DNA from: Amphiscolops sp. MND2022
Lineage: Eukaryota
Direction: 5' to 3'
Length of the DNA: 64,000 nt
Assembly (NCBI GenBank): GCA_964187785.1
Contig: OZ076409.1
Location: forward strand, 92,568,001 to 92,632,000
Under the pieces are notes generated by a model. That model saw only the letters and a program-made list of their open reading frames with translations. It did not search any database and was not told the origin of the DNA. Positions 10,779 through 25,000 of the stretch are shown here, piece after piece. The translations under genes were made by a program, and so were the position numbers. How positions within the stretch are numbered: the stretch's first letter is position 1; the number at the start of each line of letters is the position of its first letter.

Positions 10779-12347
10779 AGAGAAGGACTGTTTGTCCTGC
10801 AGCCGTGAAGAAACAAACTACGAACTTATTTCACTGTAATTCATTTCCATGTGTTTACTGTTCTGTTTTTGGCCTTAACGGCTTTAAGTCTAGAATTTTG
10901 TGTAGTAATTAACCGGAAATAGCATTGTTATATTTTGATGGTTTCAAAGTTGATTTCAATGTATTAGCGCATATATAGATTATATGTTTGTATACGTTAG
11001 TTGAGAAATTGGACACCAAGGCGTACAGGCAGAGGAAACTAGTTCAAATGTTTCCTCTCCTGTCCCACTAGACGCGCTGTCCGTCAAATTTCTCAGCCAA
11101 TCACTGTGCACTATTCATTTATTCATTTTATGCCGTGCTTTAATTAAAGACGAAAGGCTACATGCTGTCAATAAACGGCTGAGTGCTATCGAGTAACGAC
11201 GCGTGGACATTACGTCCAAATTTGAACAAAGATAATACTTGCAGTATTTATTAAAGTATACAAGCTGTACTAATTGTATTAGTCCGCTTTTTTGATGGGG
11301 ACCATTGAATTGTTCGCTCTAATCATGATCAAGACTCAATGTCGATTATGCACATTTAGACATGTAGTGTTCAGCATATAAACTGTTGCCGTTCAAATAT
11401 AGTTGAAAGAAGTGTTTTGTTGTAACTACATGTACATGTTGGAGACCTTGAAGGGCACTTAGACTTATTGTCCTTCTATATATAGAGTTGTCGGAGGTGC
11501 TTGCAGGTGAACTACCCTTTTGATATAGTATTTTCGTCATGCCGCCTTCAAGGCTATAAATAGTAGGTGCTATTTATAAGTACAACTCAGGTTAATTTTA
11601 GTATCATGACCTGAGGTATTTTGAGTGTCATGCAACTACTAGTATATATACCACGGACCCTAATCCAAAGGACACAATTTGACAAACCGCATTATTATCA
11701 GTTCACCATTTTTGATTATACTCAAATACAAATTATTAACCGTTTCGTTGTTAATAACTGGTTACTAGAATAATTTAAATATTACCTCTAGTACAATCAT
11801 TTATGCCTTCCACAAGAAGACAGAAAGCTAAGGCAAGAAAGTTTACAGAGATGGACATGATGTCCGATATAGATAACTTGGACGTAATGTTAGGTAATGG
11901 GAGTGAAAATCCTATTGAGAGAGAATTAGCCGATGCAATCGAACAGTCCTCTGTCCAAGGAGACTACGAGGGAAATGAGTACCAAAGGAACAATTATAGC
12001 TTCGTACAAGAAAATGAGCCGATGAGACATAATGAAGTTAGACAGTCGTTTGAAACTTTTACAAATGAATTCAACCTTAGATTGTCTCAAGAGATGGATT
12101 CCATGATGTCCATGGTCCATAACCAGATATACAGAGCAATTAGCACTGCTATATCAGAAAGGGTGATCCCAGAAATCCAAAACATTGTGAGTTCAATGTC
12201 ATCTTCAGGGAACAGGGACACTGAGGCCAGTTTGTCCCCCAGTAGTCAGGAGAATAGGGAAAATTCATCTGGCTTGAAAACAAAAATTTTGAAAAAGGAC
12301 TCGATCCGTTGGTGATTTGAGAGACACCACGGGACGTGGCCCTTACA
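10706..12347 (+). repeat. 3' LTR of element A (~1.64 kb), carrying a second copy of the gag N-terminus (11803..12347)
   Basis: TGTCAC...CCTTACA, followed by TSD CTATT. Confidence 0.93.
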
Positions 12348-12424
12348 CTATTAAATGCGTCGAAAGAATTCCATAACAGCGAGTATTTTCATTTGGTTAT
12401 ATTTTGTGGCGATTAGCATATTTG

Positions 12425-12675
12425 TTGTATGGCTCGGTCGCTTCGCTCCCTTCGCCAAGTAGCAATATTAAGGCATGGCCAAGAGGCACGTCGCTCCGCT
12501 TCGCTTCGCTCCTGCATTTAGGGCACTAGAAGTATGTGAACATAGCTGACTACGTTATCGTAATTTTGAATGCTCGAATCTGATTGGCCGAAATCAATCC
12601 ATTTCTTTACGTCATACCATGCTCGCTAAATTAATACGTGTTCGACGAATTGAACGTTCGACGAATTGAACAGTC
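12425..12675. repeat. MITE-like repeat fragment (GCTTCGCTCC core; 16-bp tandem GTTCGACGAATTGAAC x2)
   Basis: 12484..12550 is similar to 14120..14190. Confidence 0.45.
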
Positions 12676-13888
12676 CCCATGATTATTTCTTGTTCTAATG
12701 TATTTGTGTTTTGGTTTATTTTGATTTCCATTTCAATGTTGAAATGTATCTGTTGTGACGTCATTGTCACTTACTTTTCAAAACCACTACACGACAGTAT
12801 CAACACAAATGAATCACTATGATCTCGTACACGAAATACACGAAAGTCAAATCAATTTCTCGGCCGTTATAAAGTATTCGGATTTAGTTACTAGTCATGT
12901 TGAAAAATCGATTCAGGAAGTTTGGTAAAATTATTGATGGTTATACAAAATTTTACCTTTCGGGCCTGGTAATATGAGAACGGTTGATAATTTTTGAAAT
13001 CAAAATTTATTTAATGATTCAGTAAGTTTGTGGGAGCTAATTGGGCATGGAACTTACCAAAAAATTGTCGATGAAATGGTGAAAACTTGGCAAAACGGAA
13101 AAAGTCCCAAATTTGTTCAAAATCAGCTACTTGTAATTTTTCCAAATTTTGTCTCAGCAATTTAAAGAAAATAATGGTAAGCTAGATGAACTTTCATTTC
13201 TGACGTTGTTCAACCGATTTCGAGAAAATCGAACCTAAAATCGCCCGGTTGAAGATTTCTTAACAACAGTACTGTATTTATTTTTAAAAACACTATCTAT
13301 ATTTAAATATTTTACATCCCTGTTCAGATGTCTTGATGAGCAACTTTTCCCGACTGTCTGATTTGGCCATGGAGTTGGATCTGGCTCTTTGAAAGGGCGG
13401 AATGAAAAGCAAGTGTGTAGAGTAATCCACCACTGGAACTGAGTGACGGCTCTTGCTTGAACTGGTTCTGAAACGCCAAATTAACTTGTCTCAGTGAATA
13501 AGTAACTCGGAATACGTTATAGTAATTTGTTGGTCATTTTTGTATAAATAGGTTTCGACAAATCCTGGAATATCCGTCAGAATCGCAAAGAAAGTATTTT
13601 CAATTGAGAGGCATGTTTATCTTGTAAAGCACTTTTTATTCAACTAATTAATTTCAATTTCACAACTGTGTTAACGATTTGTTAATTTTCGATTATCTAT
13701 CAGGATCTGTACAGATCTGTACAGATTCGCCGGAAGCGCCCAACATGGGTTTACCCCAAGGTCAAGTTTATGAACGTTTGAACGTTACAACAGTAGAAAA
13801 GAAGGTTGCACCCTTGCTTATAAACCTCGCAAGAAGTCATGACCCAATGCATGCAGATTTCAATGTTTGATTTCGATGTCAAATCGAG

Positions 13889-14273
13889 GGTAACATGTCA
13901 AAATCTCCTAAGTTAGATTCTCCTAAGGTTACATCACTTGAGTTAAAATCCCCTGGGTTGAGATCTCCTAAGTGAAAATCTCCCAGGTTTAAAATTCCTG
14001 GATAAAATGTACAAAAAGAAAGAGAATAAAATATAAAGTGAAAACATTGGTTGTATGACTCGGCCTTCCTTCGCCCCTCCAGGTCGGCCTTCGTCAAAAC
14101 CAGCCGCTGAAACTAGTAGTGGCACGTCACTCCACTTCGCTTCGCTTCGCTCCTGCATTTAAGGCACTATCGGTATGTGAACGTAGCTAATCACGATTGT
14201 CTAATTTAGTAGATTTTCGTCTAGGAGATAATAACCTAGGGCATTTCAACTTAGGAGAAATTGACCTGATACC
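13889..14273. mobile_element. MITE with TIRs and ~15-bp subterminal repeats, Mutator-like
   Basis: Left end GGTAACATGTCAAAATCTCCTAAGTT vs reverse complement of right end GGTATCAGGTCAATTTCTCCTAAGTT; flanks CAAATCGAG / AAAATCGAG (9-bp TSD, 1 mismatch). Confidence 0.7.
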
Positions 14274-14686
14274 AAAATCGAGCACAGGGATATTTTCCAC
14301 ATTGAATGACTCTAACATCAACAATTTTTGAATGCGTAGCAGCCTATGTCAGCAAAAATGTTACAAACGTTCACAAAAATTTCAAAAAGGTACAAATTTT
14401 GACCCTTTTTGGTTTATTTTGACACTTTTCAAACTGGGCACTTTTTTAAATAAAAAAAGTCATATATCACTTAAACATATGCTACCAATCTTCTTTTTTC
14501 AATTCTGCGGATGAAACAGCATTTTTTGAGTTTAAAGGTAGAGTATGGCAAAATTTGAAGAAAACAATCGCAGGCTGAGAGATTAAATTTCTTTTAAAAA
14601 TTTCTTTATTATTAAATATGGGTGGAATCTAATTTTGACATAAAAAACCAGCTGGCACTCAGTTTGACTTGGTATAGAAGTAGAAC

Positions 14687-14743
14687 TACCAATTTTAGAT
14701 ACCAATTTTAGATACCAATTTTACATACCAATTTTAGATACCA
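14687..14743. repeat. 13-bp tandem repeat TACCAATTTTAGA x4
   Basis: Direct inspection. Confidence 0.9.
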
Positions 14744-14887
14744 TGTTAATCAAAAACCACTTTCGAGGGAATATATTTGGATTTTCAACTTCTTTTTTGG
14801 ATACTTGCAATTTCTTGGTATTCTTCACTACTCATACAAAGAATATTTCGTTTTACTCTTCAAATCGAATTACGCCAATGTTATACA

Positions 14888-14977
14888 GCCTGGATCAGTT
14901 AACCAGTCAACCAACTGGCCTGGATCAGTTAACCAGTCAACCAACTGGCCTGGATCAGTTAACCAGTCAACCAACTG
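14888..14977. repeat. 30-bp tandem repeat GCCTGGATCAGTTAACCAGTCAACCAACTG x3
   Basis: Direct inspection. Confidence 0.92.
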
Positions 14978-16047
14978 ACCGATTAATAGATTGTTAATCA
15001 TTTGAAAAACCAAGCTGGTTATACCCAAAAAGTTTTTAAAATGAATAGAATTTTCCTCAGTTGTACACAGGAATTACAAATTTTGTTAACAAGTTTAGAT
15101 TTAAAAACCATAGAATCAATTTTGAATTTGATGGAAATTCGTTTAATTGTCATTGAACAATTTATAGCAATTCAATTTTGATTGAAATCATTTTTTTGGT
15201 GATTGATTGGGAATTCGAACGATTAATCGGTTAAGCAAAAAATCTAAACTTGCCCACGTTTTACAACGCATTCCAAGTGTATAATTGCGATCTCAAAGAT
15301 CTGCTATTTGTTCAACAGCTAAAATTTCATCAATTGTTCGTCATTTTGATGGCGAACATTTAAAATTTGAGAAATCTTGTGGTTGTTTTAAATGTAGAAA
15401 ATCATAAGTATGCTTGGCAGTGAATTGACGTGGTTACATGTACCTTACCGGAATACATGAATCTTTTGTACCGTTACACGATTTAACTACCGATTTAACG
15501 ATTTACTCAAAATAACGATCTACACGAAAAATAAAAGCTATTTCATTGGCTTCCAAAATGAGTATAAAAGATATTCGGCGTCGCTCGGACACGAAAAGAA
15601 CTCGGAAAGATATGAAATGATCCTGACATTCTGGCGAGAAACGGAACTGGAAAAACTGATCAATATCCAGTTCTGGAGACTTTGTCAATGGAAACACTTT
15701 AACCAAAGAATTTACGTTCCTGGATGAAATTACCATTTTTCAAGAACTTGATTTTTATCAAAGTCGATACACATTTCCGTACATGAAAATTTTTTGTACA
15801 CGATATCGATACCGATATAGGAAAGACACGAAACACATGATGCACAATTTTCAGTACACAAGTCAATTCACTAATGCATGGTAAAGAGTTTGCAGTAAAT
15901 GAGCTTGCCTTGAGTCAGTGCCACGACAAGATTGACTGGAACTTGGAGGGGAGGTCGAGTCTTTGTCATCTTTGTATATTTTCATGGCAGACAGAAGACT
16001 GAAACAGTTTTTCAAAACATAAAAATTCAAAGATATGTACCATGAAA

Positions 16048-16560
16048 AAACGAGCCGGGAACGGCCCAAGTCGGCGCCATATCAAAAGCTCAAAAATAGC
16101 AAAAGAACTTCAAAGTGTCAAGTATTCTCTTCTTAAGTACCCGAATGATGAAAAGATATTTCCGGACTTTTTTCGAAATTCTTTGAAGTCTCCGGTAAGT
16201 TGCATAGTGCCGAAAAACGTACTCTTTGGGACTTTTTGAACATCCATTCTGTTGCAAAATATAAACAATTGAAGGGGGGATCCTTTGGAGACATTAAAAA
16301 ATTTGCGAGAAAAAAGTGTCACAAAGCTGAAATAATGTTCACAAAAAAAATTGGCCAAGGGCGAGACTCGAACCCACGTCCTTCTGCTTGGCAGACCTCA
16401 AAAAATCCGAATTAACCTCTTCGCTAAGTTACAAATTTAGTGTGGCAGTTAGTGGAAGCAACAGCTCAGCTTATAAAGCTTATAAAATCTGTCACGTCGT
16501 TGGTCTCAAAAAAAGCCAGTGCTAAAGTCTGCGTTTTCTACGAAAAGCGCTGGCTAAAAA
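16048..16560 (+). mobile_element. Non-autonomous interspersed repeat with 3' hairpin (possibly Helentron/HINE-like)
   Basis: Head GCCGGGA..CCCAAGTCGGCGCCATATC.AA.GCTCAAAAATAGCAAAAG shared with 34602..35192; internal AACATCCATTCTGT.GCAAAA units; ends with a GC-containing hairpin then CTAAAAA. Confidence 0.6.
16352..16427 (-). pseudogene. tRNA-like segment inside the repeat (Gly-GCC-like 3' half)
   Basis: Minus strand GTCTGCCAAGCAGAAGGACGTGGGTTCGAGTCTCGCCCTTGGCCA then a T run; B-box GGTTCGAGTC; weak A-box TAGCGAAGAGG; no full cloverleaf. Confidence 0.4.
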
Positions 16561-17299
16561 CCATAGAAGTTCATTACGTTTCGAAGTGGTAGTAATAAAG
16601 TAGCTCAACATAAATTGAAATGAACGTGAATGAGTTTGGACATTGAGTCAACTGAAACTGAATATACTTTTTGATATAAGCTCTCATCTTTGTCATATTG
16701 ACTTCATGCCATACGGTGACAACTCGTAGCAAGCGACAACTCATATCAGGCGACAACGCATATCAAGCGATAGCATATACAAGAAACTGTATTCCAAATA
16801 GTTCATTAGATAATTAGAGAAAATTAGATAAATGAAAAGTAATTATTAGATATTATAAAATTGTAACACGAGTTTATGGTAAATATCAGTTTATACAGTA
16901 TGAAAAAGTGAAACAATACTGGTACGCTGAATTCACAAGTTACAACAATCCAATCCTACACAGGAATTTGAGCAATTCAAAATTAAACAGGACGTCCGCC
17001 GAGCAACGAGATATATTTCGCCTCGAACTTTGCTAACTACAAAATACTTTTAGCGCTAGAGCTTAGCCTATTGTTTACCCATTTGACAAAAAAACGTCAA
17101 AGCAATTGACACTTTCAGGACCAATTTGTCCCTTCTTCGAAAGTAAATGTTTACGTTATTATTCAAAAGTAGGTTCAAAAAAGTCATCGTTTTTTTGCTC
17201 TGGGAATACTCATAGTCATGAAACATCTGAAACATGTGAACAGGTTGCACGAAACAGTTTGGGTAATTGAAACAAATCAGTTCCCAGTGGTAGGCTTTT

Positions 17300-18800
17300 A
17301 TTTTCTACAATGGGACACATTCGTTTAGGTATTGTTTCAAATACTGAGCAATGACTCAAGATCACAAAGGTTTGACTGCTTTCCGAAGCTATTTCATCTT
17401 ATGGATCCCCTACCTAAAACGTTTTTTAGTCATGGCCTTACAACTAATCATAGAAACGAAAGACTGGATCAAGGTCTAGCAATGACGAGTTGACATTTGA
17501 AATTGAGACAATACCAATACAGGTCTATTCCTTTGAACACTTCAGAAAGATTTCTGAAACACTTGGGTTTGTTTTGCAGGACTCAAATTCCTAATGAGAC
17601 CGGGGTTATCTGCAACTGCTCTTTTGGAGATTATCTTGCTCTCTGGACAGGATTTTCGAATAACACCAGACGTTCCGTCTAAACCCTGCAGTGAATATTG
17701 TCAGTTGTTGAAGTTCAACAACGACATTAATTCGACTGATCTATTAGAAAGAGAAGACAATCAGAGCATTACAATCATTACAAAAGTATCCGCAAATGCT
17801 ACAACTTTCGAGTGGCAGAAGTCCACTTCAGACAAGAAACTTCTGCGCATTGTGTCTGATCTTCATGCTCGACAACATGATGTCCGATGTTCCACGAGAG
17901 AGACAAGGAGCGTTCATTCAGCAACACTGAACTTGCTTACATTGGTCCTTTCTATGTTTCTAATAAACGTTCCACCGAGAAACGCCGGGATTCCTTCTCA
18001 CTTGCTCAACTTCTTGTGACGATTCCATCAAAGTTGTGCCATCAACGGACACCAGTAGTTGTGTGATGTGAATTGAACGATTTGCTGCCCAACGAAGTAA
18101 CCCCTCAGTTCTAAGGTCCGACAACTGCATCAACTTAATAGCAACTGACAAAGAAGTTTTACATTACATCTAAAACTGGAACCAACATATCCTGATCTGT
18201 TCATTTCTGAAGAAAATAGTAGAGTGGAAATTTAACCATCAAGTGCTCCGCACCACGGAAGCCTTTGGTAACGGTTGGCGAGAAGTTTTTGGTGCGTATT
18301 TCACACTGTCGCTGGAAATAGACGCGTGACCAATGAAAATCTTGCAACCACGTTCTGCCTTTTTGAACAAAGTTTGAAAGCTCGACTGTTACTGGCTGCC
18401 AGGGGAGATGCGACCGATCTTTACTCGTGACAAATGACCTCAAATAATTTTCGTCCTGAAACTGTCTTCACATCAGCCAACCCAACATCGACTACCGCCT
18501 GCGTTACGCTCCAGTGCAAGCATGTTCTGACACAATATGGAGCGCTATGTAAAGAGAATAACTTCTCACTCTGAAGCGCCGTTGGAAGTGCTCAGCGCAC
18601 ACAAAGAGAGGTCTTAGGACCGTATATCATGAATAAAGTATCGAACTGACTACACCTAGAGAACACAACCCACTAGCTCGCGTGGTGAGACTAAACTTCG
18701 ACACAGATACCATCGCCATGTCCGCTGCAGTCAAAACAAAATCTGGTAATCTTGTTCGCCCAGTTGTGGAACTCGGTCTCATCCTTCTTTCACAACTAAA
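17300..18800 (+). mobile_element. Decayed BEL/Pao retrotransposon pol (integrase) remnant
   Basis: Degenerate motifs FAAQRSNPSVLRSDN, EWKFN..SAPHHGSLW, and PLARVVRL..SAAVKTKSGNLVRPVVEL typical of the BEL integrase C-terminus; boundaries approximate. Confidence 0.7.
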
Positions 18801-21800
18801 TAGCTATTGTTTGTTTCTCAAATCATTTATCTATGTTTAATTTGATAACATGTACGAAAAAACTTTAGAAAAGTGAATTTTGATAAATTTGACAAAATCT
18901 ATCCTGCCTACCTCCTGTATTGACAAATAATTCAATACAAATAAAAACAATTAGTAATCATTCATTTAAAGGACCTTTGGCCTAAGGGATGCGCGCTAGC
19001 TTTCTAGACAAGAGACTGCGGTCTCGATTGTCATAAGGTCCGAAATGTGTTACGTTTGGTTAAAAATGTTCAAAGTACTCTCAAAAAACTTTGCTAGAAA
19101 TCCTTCAAAACGAGGTTGCTTGCCACTATTTAACATTGACAATTAATTTATGTTTGCCAGTTTGCTGTTCAAGATCACTGATGCTTCGATTTAAACTGAA
19201 AAAAATTTGATAAATATTGTTCACTTTTGACTGTCTTGCCTCAAAAAAATAGGCGGTCTCTAGTTACTGAGAATAAAAGGATTCTTTCAGGGATGTCTCG
19301 AAAATCGAGCAAGTTTTTGGTGTTTTTAATTGCAAGAAATTTCAAGAGTTCAAAGTTCTTACTTCGGCCAATCTGGCGTCTCTCTTCAGATGGAGTTTGT
19401 AAAAAATATGATTCATAACATTTTTCATTGAAAGTCAAAACAGGGAACACTGATTTGTCTACTGTTTTCGGATTCCAGATGTGTATATAAAACTTGTTGA
19501 TTTAAATTCTTCAAAACTATAATATGGTCATGGTGGAGAGATTTTAGGAAACTTACCTGGGTCTGCGTCCCGATGGCATGTGCCCGCCGCCTGACAACTT
19601 TTTGTGGGCCACAGTTTTTTCCACGTTCGACATTGCTCCACCTCAACCTAAGCGAAATTTATGTAACTGTGGGTAGGGATGTAAAATATTGTAAAAAACT
19701 AAAGCAAAATTTTTATTTGCTTCTGGCTAACAATAAATGTAATAATTATATTGTCCAATATTTTGCGAGGAAAAATGTATTGTTTTGTACAAAACCAAAA
19801 TATAAATATATATTAATTGTAAATGTATTTAATACAATATATTTTTTACATCCCTGATTGTGGTTAATGTAAATATGTTATAGAAACAGAAATTCAGAGG
19901 CTAAAGGAGATTAGATGTAAAACATTGAATCACTTTTATAACAACTTCCTTCTCGTGGCTCATTAAAAAAGTTTTTTTTTTAAAAAAAACAATTCCAGGT
20001 CATAATGATCAACAAAGTTAGAACGAACATTGAATTATACTCAACCTATTAACAGATTTTTGTCGACTTCCGCGGATTAAAGAGAAGTAACATTGAAGTT
20101 AAGTAAAGTCAGGTAACAGTTTGGATTTTATGCTATGCTAACATTCTCGTAAATTGACATTTTGAGCTTAATTTAGCTGTGTTGAGATACACATATAGAA
20201 ACATAGAAAAACAAACACATATTTTGAACTTACTCAGTTTTTGTCAGTTAATTGTAGTATATAATCAGCATTTGTCTGCCGGGAAACCACAGTGGTAAAA
20301 ATTTTCAAATTAAAGTCGAAAAAGGTTGTTTCAATATTACATTTGAAAACCTAATTTTAGTCAGCGCAGTTATTGGGGGGAAAAGCGTATACATGGCGTA
20401 GTAGCGGCGCTTTCTTCCACTGTGAAATAATCTGCAGTTTGTATCAATAAAAAGAAAAAATGAAAAGAAAGAAAAGCAGTTTTTCGAGCCGCAGTGTTGC
20501 GGATACTGAACATCTAAAGAATGATGAAACGCGACTCCATGACTTTTGTGCTTCATATCGTTCAGAAGGAATTAAACACTTCATTTGGTCAAAAACCAAT
20601 TGAAATCAATTTAAGGCCTCGATGAAGCAATAATAAAGAGAAAAATCAGAAAGAAAAGAAGTGAAAATTTAAAGACAATGATTCACTCAGTTGAATACTT
20701 CATTAGTAGCATAGCTTGGAAAATTGGAAAATGAATTGGGCCCCTTTCTGCTACTGCCTCTTTTCTGGAGCAAGTCAGGGTAGACGAAACATGGTCTAAG
20801 CTTATTGTCCAGAGGAGACCGCCTTTTCCATATATTTAATACCTCAAAAATTCGGCCAGATATTTGTATACAAGTTGTGCTGAAAACTGCCAAAGGACCT
20901 GACAACGACTTTGGAGTGTTACAGACTTTACCAACCTGAAAACTGCACTTTGCTTTTCTGAGACAAACTTTTCCGTCCTTTTTTGCCGAAAAATGTTCCA
21001 CCAATAACTTTCTCACAAACAAGATCATAATTAACCTCCGTACAATCACTTCAACAATTACTCGTTAGAAACATTTGTTTGTCAACAAAACAGCTGTATG
21101 ACGTTATATACAAATTCAAAGGAATGAATCTAGATTATTTTGCATTTTAATGTGTGCATTTTAAACTGTTGCTTGAATAGATATTTCTAAAAACACAAAC
21201 GAAACAGGACTGGAATTAATTTCGAATAACAAGAATTACTTATGAGAAAAAACTATTCGATTAGGAAGTTTTCAATTTCAATGACAAAAATAGATCACAA
21301 AACGTGGCTGAGGTTGTTTTCCAAGAACTATCCGTCGGGGTGATAAAAAGAAGATCGATCCTCATAATTACCAAGAGCAATCAACACGGTTAAATGCCCT
21401 CTGATAAATTGAATTACTATTATTATTATTATTACTTGAAAATGATTTAATTCCATGATTGCTCTTCAATGTTGTCTCTAGCGCTTTTTGATCTGAGGTC
21501 ACTTCAAACTATGTTCCGTTCTGTAATTCCAAAAATGACCATACTACTGCTTTGTAAATTTTTGATTGCAAAATCGACAGTTTTCTTGTATTCTAGTGTA
21601 TGCCCAGGGGAAACGAAATTCAGAAAAGGCTCAGGGTGCCAAAAATATTCAGAACTTGGACTTTCACCCCTAGGTTACAAGAATCACAAATCTTGCAAAA
21701 TTCTTCCGAAATTCTTGTCAACTTTGCATTTCTTACAAGAATCTTACAAGTTTGTACAAGAATCGCAAACTTTGAAATTTGTTACAATGTCGATCATTTC

Positions 21801-22013
21801 TTACAAGATTCTGATAACATTTTTGCAAAAAATGCATTTTTTCTCAAGAAGTTTTTACAAAAAATGTGATGTGTCATTTCGACCAAAATTTCAAAAATCA
21901 TCAAACTACCAGCAACAACAGCACAGTTGCCGTTTACAATGCACAAACTGTCTCAGGATTCCAGCAAAAGGACCCAAATTGTTAATTTTGAGCAAGAAGA
22001 ATTATTTTAATGT

Positions 22014-25000
22014 TGTAATAGCTAGCGGCGTAGATAAAATAACGTGAGAATGAATAACTGTATTTCAACTTTCTCAGACCACAATGGTGATCTATTTTGT
22101 TTTTGCAGAACACTGTGTTCAGCTTTCGAAGGTACTTAGTCAACTGAGACTAACTGCTCTTTTCAATTGCGGTTACTACCACATTCCCCCGACAGCAATT
22201 GACGGTTGGGAATAAGAACTAATCGTAATATCGAAACACAAATGTACAGGTTAAGTACGGAAGTAATAAATATGGAAAACACTACAACAGTTAAAAGTTT
22301 CAGAAGAGTTTGAAACAGTTTCATTTTTGGGCAGATTTCTTTTCAATTCCGCATGTATAAACAGGTAGACCGTAACGGTCTGGAGCTCGTCTGTTTCGGC
22401 TCAATCTGGTGGGTGACGATTTCAGTGTTCGATCGGTTTCAGCAACGTTCTCTTCTTGTTCCAGGTCTGCAAACACCTGCGACATTTCTTCCTCTTTTCT
22501 TGTCTCTATTTCTCTCATTGCGTATTGCTTCGTCTTCTTTGGATGTTTTTGTTTTCGCACTGCTTTGGGTGCTCGTGCCACCTCTCTCTTGGATAGGGTT
22601 ACTTCAGCCTTTCCTTCTGGTGCAACTTGTACTGTGTGTTCAGTCTCTTTGGTCAGTCTTCCCCTTCTTTTCTTGAAAAGTCCAGCCAACTTTCCTTTTC
22701 TTTGGCGTTCTCTGACAAATTTCATGCTGTCGTCGTCGCGGGGAAAGTCCTCCAATCGGTCCAGTTCCACAGATTTGTCGTAGTCTAAATTATTCAATTC
22801 TTTATAGAGTGTAACTATTATCGATGTTAATGTATTTGGTTTTCGGCCGGTATGCCTCTCAAACGGCGACTTCCCATATTTTCCCTTACTTATCCCTAGC
22901 GCACTTACTAATTGGTAGCACAATTTGTTCTGTTTTTTGGCTAGTATTTCAGGGTTCGCTCTTAATCTTTCGTTCACCGTTCTTATGAGTCTCTCGACTT
23001 TCCCATTTTCTCTATGGTCGTAGACCGGGCATACTATATGTCGAATCCCAAATTCTTCTCTAAGATTTCTAAATTCATTACCCATGAAGACGGTTGCTTG
23101 ATCCGTTCTTACAATTTGTGGAATCCCGTTGTTACTTATGTCTTTTCGCAAAAACTTTTCGACCCCCTTTATATCGGTACTTTTTACAAATTGTAAAGTG
23201 GGGTACGCGGAGAAATGATCAATTGCCACTAATAAATATTTTCTATTTTCAGGGGCCCCCGAAAATGGTCCCATGAAATTGAGCGCGATTTCTTCGTTCA
23301 CTTGTTTAGGTTTTCGAATGGTTCCAAATTCTTTTTGTCTTTTTATAGTTCTTATGTTTTTACCTGCTTTTTGACAGTTTCCGCACGTCTTTGCAGCGAC
23401 AATTTGTCTGTTTATCTGTGGCCAGCAGACCTCGTCTACTGCTCCCAACATAGCGTCTCTGCCGCTATGACCACTGTGTATGCTGTTTAGCACGGCCTGT
23501 CTCATGTCGATTGGGATAATTAATCGATTTTCGTAAAAAACGAGCTCTCTGTCTACTCTCAAATCTTTAAACACATGTCGATATAGTTTGTTTTCTTTTC
23601 GAAGTAAATTAATGTCACGCTGTTACGCCGTAACACGGCCTCGCGAACGTTTTGTAGTCCTCGATCTTGGCCTGATAATTTGCCATAAGTAGGCCGTCAG
23701 TAATTTCTTTGAATGTTTTGACTTTTACGAAAGTAATTTCAGCGTTTATTTTGGCTGATGTAGATGCTTCTTCTACTGACGACACAATAGACTGGAGTGG
23801 TGATGTTTTTAATTCTGAGGATTTTTCGATCTCTTTTGGTTGAACAATTTGTGTTTGATGTTTTGATGAGCGAATTAAATTACGCGTGACGTTTCTTTCG
23901 CGGCTAATTTGTAAGCGACTCATTTTAATTTGTTTGCTTTCACAATTAGGACGGTCCGCTGTTTTGCTCATCTCTTTCTCGCTTTCAGCGTCCTGCGCTC
24001 TCATTGGCTGTTTGAACAATTTGTTCAATCTCTGATTGGCGCGTAGCTGCCTTTCATGATTCTCATTTACAGTTTCTACTGAATTGACTACGAACCAACT
24101 TTCCCAAAGTTCTTTTGAGTTTTTCGACCATTCATTTTCGTTATAATCACTAGGATGTCCAGATAAATAGTCGGCTAACCCCATTGTTCGTCCGGGTTGG
24201 TGGATTATTTCCATATCGAAGGGCAAAAGTCGTTCTATCCATCTAGTAAGCCTACTAGAATAGGTTTTATTACCGTGGTTACTTTTCAATGCTGTTTCGA
24301 GCGCTTTATGGTCGAAAATTACCGCGAATTTTACTCCATAAACATAATTACGAAAATGCTCTACCGCCCAAACTATGGCGAGTAATTCTAGTTCGTTCGT
24401 GGAGTATCTGGTTTCGTAGTCCGATAAATATCTTGATGCGGATGATAGTAACTCCCATTCGTTTTTCTCATTTTTCTGCATGAGCAATGCTCCTAAGCCT
24501 TCATGGCTGGCATCACATATTATGCGCAATTTGTTCAATCTATTGAAATGTGATAATTGGATAATTTCTTGCACACTTTTCCGTACTTGGTTGAAAGCTT
24601 GGTTATGTTTTTCTTTCCAATCCCAATTTCCTTCTTTTTTAAGTAAGTCTCTGAATGGTTCGGTGATTTTTGCTAGTCCGGGTATAAATTTCGTTAGTTG
24701 ATTCACTGTCCCCAAGTATGACCTTAGTTCTTTCAAGTTTTTGGGTTTCATTTTCTCCGAAATTCCTTGTATTGTTTTGAGTGGTTTTATCCCTTTTTCT
24801 GAAATTCTGAATTCTAGCCAGTCTATTTCGTTTTTTGCTATGTTACATTTTTCTTCTTTGAGTTGTAATTTTCTACTGTCCTTCCTTGGTTCCCTTTGTC
24901 ACTATTAAAAAATCGTCTACAAAAATGAAAACATTTGAAATATTAATAAAAATATCTTCCATTATTCGCTGAAATTCTGTAGGCATCACTGTTAGTCCGT

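Larger units (their letters stand above)
9..12347 (+). mobile_element. Ty3/Gypsy LTR retrotransposon, element A (long-LTR family with accessory genes; internally deleted, non-autonomous)
   Basis: Direct repeats 9..1675 and 10706..12347 with TG...CA ends; 5-bp TSD CTATT at 4..8 and 12348..12352; PBS after the 5' LTR; gag with CCHC knuckles; DTG protease. Confidence 0.95.

Noticed and set aside
9..12347. The 1.65-kb direct repeat as a segmental duplication or assembly artefact
   Set aside because: TG..CA ends, PBS, PPT, CTATT TSD and scattered divergence identify the repeats as LTRs
16352..16427. Functional tRNA gene
   Set aside because: Only the 3' half is tRNA-like; no acceptor-stem partner seen; embedded in an interspersed repeat
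21469..22047. 192-aa ORF as a gene
   Set aside because: Spans a repetitive TIR arm and runs into an LTR; no recognisable motif
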